From Eledone cirrhosa (Eukaryota): a stretch of DNA of 64,000 bases. Shown here in pieces: positions 54,934-64,000 of the stretch. How positions within the stretch are numbered: position 1 is the first letter of the stretch; each line of letters begins with the position of its first letter. The stretch spans positions 24,738,001-24,802,000 of the forward strand of contig OZ024749.1 in the NCBI GenBank assembly GCA_964016885.1, read 5' to 3'. Under the pieces are notes generated by a model, which made no database searches, was not told the DNA's origin, and saw only the letters and a list, made by a program, of their open reading frames with translations. The position numbers were made by a program, and so were the translations under genes.

Positions 54934-57724
54934 ACTGTATAAATAAATTCTGATAGTTTTTGTTGTGTTATTGAAGTGTCTTATGATTCAATAGTTTGAT
55001 GTGTTCGAAAGAAAAGAAAAGAAATAAAACAAGACAAAAATGAAAAACGAAAACAGCAACATTTTACAAAAGCATTTGATGTTGCCTTTGTGTAGGATCT
55101 TCTTTCCGAGTTGTTAGCAATTAAAACGCCTCCCCCCAAAAAAAATTTCCATTGAATTAACTTTCTTCTGTGGCGTATTTTGAATATATCTTGCCACTAT
55201 CGATAACTAAATCTGTGTAGAAATACATTTAATTTGCATACGCATACTTAGCATTATACAATGCTACAGAAAGCTAGTGAATGTATCTGTAAGTTATGTT
55301 ACAAAATATTGTGAATATCTTTGTAGATAGATGTAAAAATTTGTCTGCGTAAACAATATATTTGAACCTATTTTGTTTCAATGCTGTATTCTACTCAAGA
55401 GTATATCTATAGATAGTTTCGGCTAACATCGTGTCTGTGTAGATGGATGTGAATAATATTTCTGCATAAACAATATATTTGTGCGCGTTTTGTTTCATTG
55501 CTACATAGTACTAGAGGGTATAAGCAAAGATATTACATCTAACGCTGTATATCTGTAGACATATCTAAACCTCTCCATATACAATATATTTCTGTTTATT
55601 TGTTCGAATCCTATATAGTGACAAGTATGTTTGTTTTGAAATAGCGAGTGATTTTGAAATAGTTATGGAAGCTTGACTAAATAAATGTTAGCCTGATAGT
55701 AGGGTTTAGAACCCTCTAAAAATGGAAAAAGATGAGGTTTGATGTACATTGCTACATAATATATCACAGATAGAGTTTCAGCCAACATTGTATGTGTAGA
55801 TAGTTGTTGTTTGTAAATTATTATAATTTTACCAACGCTATTTCGTAGAATATATCTATCGAATAATATTCAATAGTCGTAGACTCTCAGGCAACAAGCA
55901 GCCCGCGGACCACAATGAGGCCCGAGTCAGGTTGGCCCGCGATGACCGTTTTTAATTTTCAACTTGTAGGCTTATTTAGAAATTTGTTCGTAACCGTAAT
56001 ACAATTTTCTGTTAGTTGACCTATACTAAAGGGCTTCACTGATAGTGTTATGTGCATTATAATTTCATAGTTCTATGGAAGTTGTGGTGAATCTTTGGAA
56101 TAGTGCTTAATACATATTAATGGCCCTCATAGTTGTTCCAATGTTCAAATGTAACCCACCATTGGAATATGTTGGTGTATGTATTGAAAAAGGTGTATTG
56201 GCATATCCTTATTTCTAATGGACTAAGGGACTACATACATTATCTACCTTTCTAACAGCCAGGTTAATGCGGATCCTTAAAGAACCTAAGTATTTATTAG
56301 AAATGATTTAGCCTAGAATATCCTGTGTCTTATGTAAACAATCCCGGTTTTTATTTAAAAGACAATCTAATAATTTTGACAAGTCTTTCACAAATATATT
56401 TATTGAGCAAAGTGGCAGGTAAAACGTTGAGAAGGTCCGGGGATGAAGGGATTAGGGGAAGGTGGATGGGGAGGTAGAGATGATATAATAGTATAATAAA
56501 TATGAAATAATACATATATATAAATATAGTAAAATAGAAAATATATATAATATTTATTTCTACATAGTATATATTATATTATTTATTTTATATAAATTGA
56601 CCAGTTTATTTATTATATGTTATTTACAATTTGCGTGTAGGTAGGTCAGTCTAGAAATGAGGGTCCGAGGGATGAGGCTATCTGGTGGCCGTGAGGTGGG
56701 TGGTGTCCCGAAAGGTTTGTGAACCTCTGAGTTAGGCAGACAGAGAAACACAGAACCGTGTGAGAGACGGGCAATATCTGTTTGGTTGTCATAATATATA
56801 TCATGGTTTCCGTTGCAAATAAGGTATAGGTTTAGTAGTAGAATTGTAATCTGAAATATTTGTTTTTACTATCTGTAAGAATGTATGAGTTGGCACATTG
56901 ATTATCATGGATGTCTCTGGGAATTGTTTTATTGTCCTCTATGTCATTTGCATCAATGTTTTATTAGCATCGATTTTTTTAAAAATGTAAACAATATAAC
57001 TCGTAGCTATTTTTTTTTTATTTCATTCTATTATATTTTTTGTATGAAATAGTCACATAAAATTAATTTAGCAACTTACGGTGGGAAAAAAGATTTACGA
57101 CGTGGGTCTCTCATGTGGCAGACAAATGTAAAGAATCATCTATATCCCGTACAACAACGTACAGCCATCTTGTAAAAATACATATACCTCACCTAAACGA
57201 TATATTTAATGTATGTATGAAAAGGCAGTTTTTTTTTCCATCTAATATTATCTCTATCTCTCTCAGAAGATCAATGAAAGCAAATATATTTTAATACCCT
57301 TGTAGTTAAATCTCTCTATCGAGATATATGTGTGTTTGTTTATAAATCTATTTCTTTCTCTCTATCTCTCAAAATGTATGTATATACGTACACATATATT
57401 TTAATCAAGTGAAAGACCACAAGATGATATTTCAAACTATTTTATTACCTCTATACACACATATGTATGTATGTATGTATATATATATATATACACATAC
57501 ATATATATTTGTATGTATACTTGTATATAAAATATATTCATGTGTATATGTATATGATTACACACACACATACATGTTTAACAAACTGGTTCTCAAGGCT
57601 AACATATCGTACGAATTTGGTATTGTACCGTTGTAGTAACAGGCCTTAATAATTATATTCCAGCTTACGTTACAGACTTGAGTTGCTCTATACCTTGTGT
57701 ATTTCGACTTCACTATTACCACAA

Positions 57725-57781
<57 letters not shown>

Positions 57782-58006
57782 GAGAAGAAAGAAGAATACT
57801 GCGTGGTTTGCACATGGGTTACATATGACAAAAATAGTCCTTCGTCACTGATTTTCCAGCCATCATTGGTATTTCATCGCATTAAAAAACCACATCCCTC
57901 AGGTTGGTGCGAGCAATAACTAAAAAAGGTTATTGGGACCAGAATTCACGTAAGGCGAGGGGGACAAGTAAACAACATAGAAATATATATATATATAGGA
58001 AAATGT

Positions 58007-58350
58007 TCAAGACACCGACGGCAGAGCTGAAGCCGTTTCAACGTTTTCCTATTACCCACTCGACTACCCAAAGTATTGAGTACTCTGGTGCGTTATGGTC
58101 CACCTGGTTACTTACCACACTTCCTTCGTTATATATATATATATATATAACGAAGGAAATGTGGTAAGGAACCAGGTAGACCATAACGCACCAAAGTACT
58201 CAATACTTAGGGTAGTCGAGTGGGTAATAGGAAAACGTCGAAACGGCTGGAGCTCTGCCGTCGGTGTCTTAGGGTAGTAGAGTGGGTTTTAGTCCAGAAT
58301 TAGCCGTCGAAACGGCTTGAGCTCAGCCGTCGGGGTCCTACTCGTTCCTA
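58007..58350. mobile_element. Cluster of family B fragments forming a palindrome centred on a short (TA)n
   Basis: 58009-58130 is approximately the reverse complement of 58149-58270; extra HHR-half fragment at 58291-58350. Confidence 0.7.
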
Positions 58351-58379
58351 TGTATATATATATATATATTAGTTATATT

Positions 58380-59312
58380 AGTGAAAGAGTGAAAAATAAC
58401 ATGGTCGAGTGTACAAAAAGGGTTTTGTTTACATTATTAACAATTTTTCATTGATCAGGTGAGTCTAAAGGCCGCTGATCATTCGAATATTGTGAGTATT
58501 CATATGATTTCATCAGAGAGACACACTGTATCTAAGGTCGAGTGACGTAATTTCTAGTGATCAGCGGCCTTTAGACTCACCTGATCAATGAAACAATCGT
58601 TAATACTGTAAATAAAACCCTTTTTGTACAGCCGACCATTGTATTCTTCACTCTTATACATGCTTTTGACTATAAAATTTAGACTATATTTTATAATAAA
58701 ACATATTATGGTGGTGATTCTATTTCTAAGAATCGCTGCTTTAACCCTTAACGTGAAAGCAAGGGTTGAAAGTAACGATTCTGCGCTTAAACTTTTATCT
58801 GTTCTTATAATAAATATTTAATATACGGGTTTATACTTATATATATATATATAATCCTTATCGAGCCCTCTTCAGATTTTAGTCTTCATATTTATTATTA
58901 CTATATATATATATATATATATGTTTGTATATTGCGGCGAGAAAGGTTTAGAATTGAAATAGAAGCGCCACCGTAATATTTTTTATTATAAAATATTGTC
59001 TAAATTTTATATTAAAAAATATATATAAGAGTGAAGAATAACATGGTAGGCTGTACAAAAAGGCTGTCAGAAAATATTGATATAGCACGGACACAAAGGA
59101 TGCTTATAATAAAGACGTGAAAACGAACTTTTGTTACAAAGACATCAAGAAACGCCTCAACCTCACCTCCTGTACAAACACTTACATAATAATACTTTGG
59201 CATATATATATATGTATGAGGCGTTTCTTGATGTCTTTGTAACAAAAATTTGTTTTCACGTCTTTATTATAGGCAATCCTTTGTGTCCGTGCTATATCTA
59301 TATTCTCTGACA
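58380..59312. repeat. Chain of nested inverted repeats
   Basis: 58380-58481 vs 58557-58655; ~58620-58730 vs ~58950-59063; 59065-59160 vs 59217-59312. Confidence 0.7.
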
Positions 59313-61089
59313 CTAGATTACGATTCCCTCAATGTTTTTCTCCACGAAACCATATATATGTAATTATAGAATTAACAAGTCCAAGAGCAAATATATTCCT
59401 TCTCCATAACTAAATTTGAAGTGTAATAACGTATAAGCTTTATATTTCTATTACACCTAACTATATATATATATTTTAACGTATATATCCACAATTTTTA
59501 TTGTACATAATTGATATACAGTAAACCATGTATTTCTATATTGTACATTATTTCTGATATCATTCTGTATGACTAAACATTTGTAACAAACAAGTTTGAA
59601 AATTACCTAAAGCTTTGATTGTTTTAATGTTAATTTGCCTGGGGTTAAGTTGGAGAACATGACTGTGATGAAGGATATCTTGTTATGTCCATATAAATTA
59701 CATATGTGGTGATATGTTCATATACCTTTGTTAAATATTATATAAATGTATTGAAATAATATGTTGATTTTATCCTGTGTTTATCAGGAATTATAACGAA
59801 AAATCTAAATAGGACTATACAAAAACGAGAGAGAACTAAATGCAAGATGTATGTATATAAATAGTAGAACTGCGTAGTTATTTAAGAAAAATAACTTTAC
59901 ATGTTTGTAAAACAATATTAGTTTTGAATTTTGGATCAATATATTCACAGCGCAGTACTAAGTAACTAACTACTCGTTGCTGCATAATTATATGAATCTT
60001 AGAATTTGTTTGTATATTTTTCGCATTTTCAAAACTAATTAATTGACATTCAAAGTGTTGTGTTTCATTTTTAAACCGCAAACGTCTCATGGAATTTGGA
60101 GTAGGTATGTCTGGCTGTCTATAAGATGGTTTGTGTGTGTGGGAAAGTTATTTCTTTGTGTGTATTGGTGTGTGTTTGTTAGATTTTAATTAGTTGCATT
60201 GCAGTTAGTTGCTAACGAGTTAGTTGCTAAACAAATGAACTGCTTAGATCGATGTTTCCCCAAGTAGATTTCAAGAATATATTTTCCAGTGGTAGCAGAA
60301 ATAATGGACACTTTATGTCACCGAGCTTTAAATGTTTGTTTTGCAAAACCCACTTTGGAAAAACTGAATGAAGAAATAAATTGGTTTCTCGTTTCACACG
60401 TTTGAATATTATTATATTATAGTTACAAGATGAATTTGTTTGCTTAACCGTTTAGAAAACATTATTGATAGATTTTTGAATATGTTTATATTTAATTATA
60501 TTTTCATGAAAAAGAATAGCCGCCATTTAATTTCTCAACAACGCAAAAAATATATATATGTTTTAAACTATGAGAAATCAATTTATTCGTTAATGCATTG
60601 TATTACAATGGGATCCACTAAAGCAGAATTTAGAGCTCAGTAAAATAAATTGTCTATTTATAAAATTTAATCAAATTTAATATATGTTGTTTTAGATTTC
60701 TATTTATAAATATACTTCATTTATTTTCTTATAAACATTAGTATGGCTAGAATCGTCCGAAAAATATGGGCATTTTCAAGAATATTAGCATCTTTTAAAA
60801 TCGATATTTTGATTGTTTGAAAAGTAAGCTTAAGATTCCTGGTTTAATTTTTGGCGTCTTCCATCGTATTAGAATATGATATGTCTAAAAATAAATCAAA
60901 GTCCAGAATCCTGGAATAATGTAGCAATTAAAGGGAAAGTGCGCTTGCTTTCTTTAGGTGACAAGGAGAAGTGAGAATTACTTTAAAATTGTTTTTTTTA
61001 TATATCTACCATATGTATGTATACATGACAGTGTTTGTATAGATACATACGCACACACATATAGAGAGATAGATAGATAGATAGATATA

Positions 61090-64000
61090 TTTCTTTATTT
61101 ACCATAAAGGCATAAAAAGAAGGGACAAATACAAAGGGGGAGTTTACATAAAATCGAGTAAAAAGGGTATAAAATGAAAATAATCGAAAACAACCTCAAA
61201 AGGGAGGGGACGTGATGGGGGTTGCACACACCTCCGAAAAAGTGTGCAATCCTTTTCCCGGGAAGCACATGGAGAAGGTGCTCCCCTCTCCTTCACTTCT
61301 TTACCTACAGGATGGTATACAGAGAAGGCCCATTTACACGAGCCATTCTCGCCACTTTCACCCACCTTTCATAAAACTGCCTGTGGCCAAGCGCCTCTCT
61401 CTCCATTCTTATCCTTCTTCCGAAGTGATATCGGAAGAAGTAGACCAGACTATGGCCTGAGAGGAAGTTGCCTGACCTCAGACCTTTCAATCGTGTCCAC
61501 CAAACAACCTCTTTCAACATGGCTATTACGCACAGAAAAACCGCCTTTGCTTCCTTTGTGAAGAGGGGAGGCGGCTTGATTGTCATCACGGACACGGCGG
61601 TCAATCGAATCGGCGCCACCCGCGACAGCAGTCGTTCGGCGTAGCCCCACAGATCAGCCACGCCCGGACATTGCACCAATGCGTGCTCAACGGTTTCTTC
61701 GTGACGCACGCATCTAGGGCAAATCTTTTTCGAGGGATCCCTGCCCGGGCGCCCGTGTCTGTAGAGCCTCTGTCGAACGGGTAGAGCCCCCCGGTAGCAC
61801 TGCCAGGCTAGTGATTTCTGGAAGTTGTCCATTGGTCCCGGGCCGAAAGTCCTACCGAACAGGCTGGCCTGTTCGTCCTCTTCCATGGCCAGCGACTCTC
61901 CAAGGGTGTCATCGCCCCTGCTAGCCACCAGCCCTCTATAGAATGATGAGGTGGCTTCTCCACCGATGGCCGGGCCCGCTTGCCAGAGAGCCCTGAGCGC
62001 CTGGGCACACTCAGTGTGCCAGTCTCCCAGTTTTCCGGATCTTTGCTTGACCCAGGACTGCAGCTCGGCGAGCGAGACGAGTCTCGGAAAGGCTCGTTTC
62101 ACGAACGGAGCCCACACCGGTTGACCAGTGAGGAATACCTGTAGGTGCCGTAGCCTTAATGCGTGCCTACGCATCATCAACCACGGCATCCCCAGCCCTC
62201 CTTTCGAAGGTTGTTGGCAGCAGATGGATCTTCTCACCATAGGAGGGCGCTTCTTCCAAAGAAATTGGAAGTGCATGCGTTCCAAGGTGGTGAATGTTTC
62301 CTTAGGGAAAGGCACGACAGTCAGGCGGTAGTAAGTGACGGACGCTATGTAAATGTTCGCCACCTCCGCCCGACCTTTTAGGGATAGCTTACACTTGGCC
62401 CATTTCTGGGTTAGTGCAAACACCTTGTTCGTAACCTCGTCCCAGTTCTTTTCCACCTGGAGGTCCGGTCCAAACCTGACCCCAAGCAACTTCACTGGGC
62501 CCTCCGTCCAGTGTCCGACGACACCGTCGGGAGGTATCGGTCTACCTCTCCACGTTCCGAGTTGCAGCCCGATGGATTTTTCCCGGTTCCGTTTCGCTCC
62601 TGACAACCTTTCGTAATCCTCCAGTAAGGTACCGATCGCCTCGATCACCGAGTCGGTTGATACCATTACTGTTACGTCATCGGCATAGGCCGACACCGTT
62701 TTGCTCAATCCTGGTTCCAGGGGGATACCCAGCAACAACTCCAACTTCCTCAGTAAAGGCTCGAGAGTCAATACGTACAGAAGGGAGGAGAGAGGGCACC
62801 CCTGTCGAATGGATCGTGTGATTTCGAACGGCTTCGAAAGGTAGCCGTTCACCTTGATCCTAGAACAGATGTGGTTGCTATGTAAGGCAGTGATCCAGCC
62901 TCTGAAAACAGGACGAAACCCAGCCGCCGCTAGCACCGCATCCAGGTAACCATGGTCGACCCTATCGAATACCTTAGACTGAACCAAGTTGATCAGGGCC
63001 CCACCGAAGCCGGGTTTGTTGCCAACCCTCTCTATGATGTATCGCATGAGGTGGAGGTTATCGTGAATGGACCTGGATGGGATAGCACATGTCTGCGCCT
63101 CTCCCACCAGGCCACCCACGACAAGCGCCAACCTCTTTGCTAACACCTTGGCCAAAACCTTTAATTCTGTGTTTAGCAGGGTTATGGGCCGAAAATTATT
63201 TATACTATCCCCCTTGTTCTTCCTTCCTCACCAGCGAGACTACGCCCTTGGCTACAGAACAAGGAATTCTCTCGTTCTGCTGCCAATTGCAGTAGACCGC
63301 TTCGAGGAGTTCGGAGAAGAAGATTGGCATTGCTAAATAAAGTTCGTAAGGTATACCATCGAGACCTGGAGATTTGCGTCTGCTGCATTGGCTCAGCGCA
63401 TCCCCGATCTCATCAGCCGAGATTGGTCCCTCGCAGGACTCTGCCTCTTCGCTCGAGAGACGCGGCAGGCCGTCGAGGTATGGACCGAAATCCACGTTCC
63501 CGCCCGGACCCTCGCCTCCCCCGAATAATCGGGCAAAGTGCCTTTGAAAGGCCTCGCACAACTGCTTAGGCTCCCGGATTACCCGTCCATCCTCGTCTTG
63601 CAAATACCGGATGGTGGATCGAGTTCCACTCATAGCTTCTGTCACGCAGGCCCAGCCAACGGCTTTGGCCTCCTCATTACCTAGAGCACGTATTTTACTT
63701 CGAATGACGCAGCCTTCGTGCTTTGCATCGAAAAACTGGCTCAAGGCCGTCCTCGATGCCAGCACTCTGGCCACATCTTCGCTCTTGATTGCCTCTTCTA
63801 ATTTACCTGTTAATTCTTTCTCGTTTCTATTCCTATCGGTAGCTAACATCTTGCTATAACTTATTGATTCTGTTCTAATCTCTCTTTTGAGAGATGCCCA
63901 CCATCGATTGTTGACGATTCCACCCGTTAACCTCTCCTTAACTAATCTGCTAATCCGGTTTCTGTAAGTCTCTTTTGCCGGTAAAGACAAATTAAGTTTC
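61090..64000 (-). mobile_element. Tx1/L1-group non-LTR retrotransposon, 3' part (continues beyond the window)
   Basis: GC-rich ORF2 segments; 3' end ...ggtaaataaagaa abutting a (TATC)n tract. Confidence 0.88.
61305..63990 (-). pseudogene. Tx1/L1-type ORF2: RT + C-terminal CCHC zinc knuckle, frameshift near 63200
   Basis: KSPGLDGIPYELY, VFDRVDH, IRQGCPLS, AYADDV, KGGLG, CPRC..EETVEHALVQC. Confidence 0.9.

Noticed and set aside
55885-56730. hAT-like terminal motifs (ggcaac..gcccgcgg; aaaggtttgtgaacctctg)
   Set aside because: Too degraded to define paired TIRs or an 8-bp TSD

Overview
Eukaryotic, very AT-rich, repeat-saturated DNA with no host gene that I can support. The SINE families and (TA)n density suggest an octopus or other cephalopod (inference). 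Contents: two Penelope-like retroelements (PLEs) with RT and a C-terminal GIY-YIG endonuclease plus a third PLE 3' fragment; a near-full-length degenerate CR1/L2-group LINE; the 3' part of a Tx1/L1-group LINE; tRNA-derived SINEs; and many microsatellites. The main hidden signal is a dense set of type I hammerhead ribozyme (HHR) motifs in roughly ten distinct non-coding or PLE-terminal element families. These include two young tandem arrays (467-bp and 312-bp units, one HHR per unit) that look like non-LTR retrozymes. Nearly all sit inside (TA)n tracts, and most have a head-to-head geometry with two 3' ends pointing outward, as does the large PLE at 46770-54320. This suggests a (TA)n-targeted PLE/retrozyme mobilisation system. 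HHR folds were assigned by eye and are not computed or tested. Most ORF-track entries are microsatellite artefacts.
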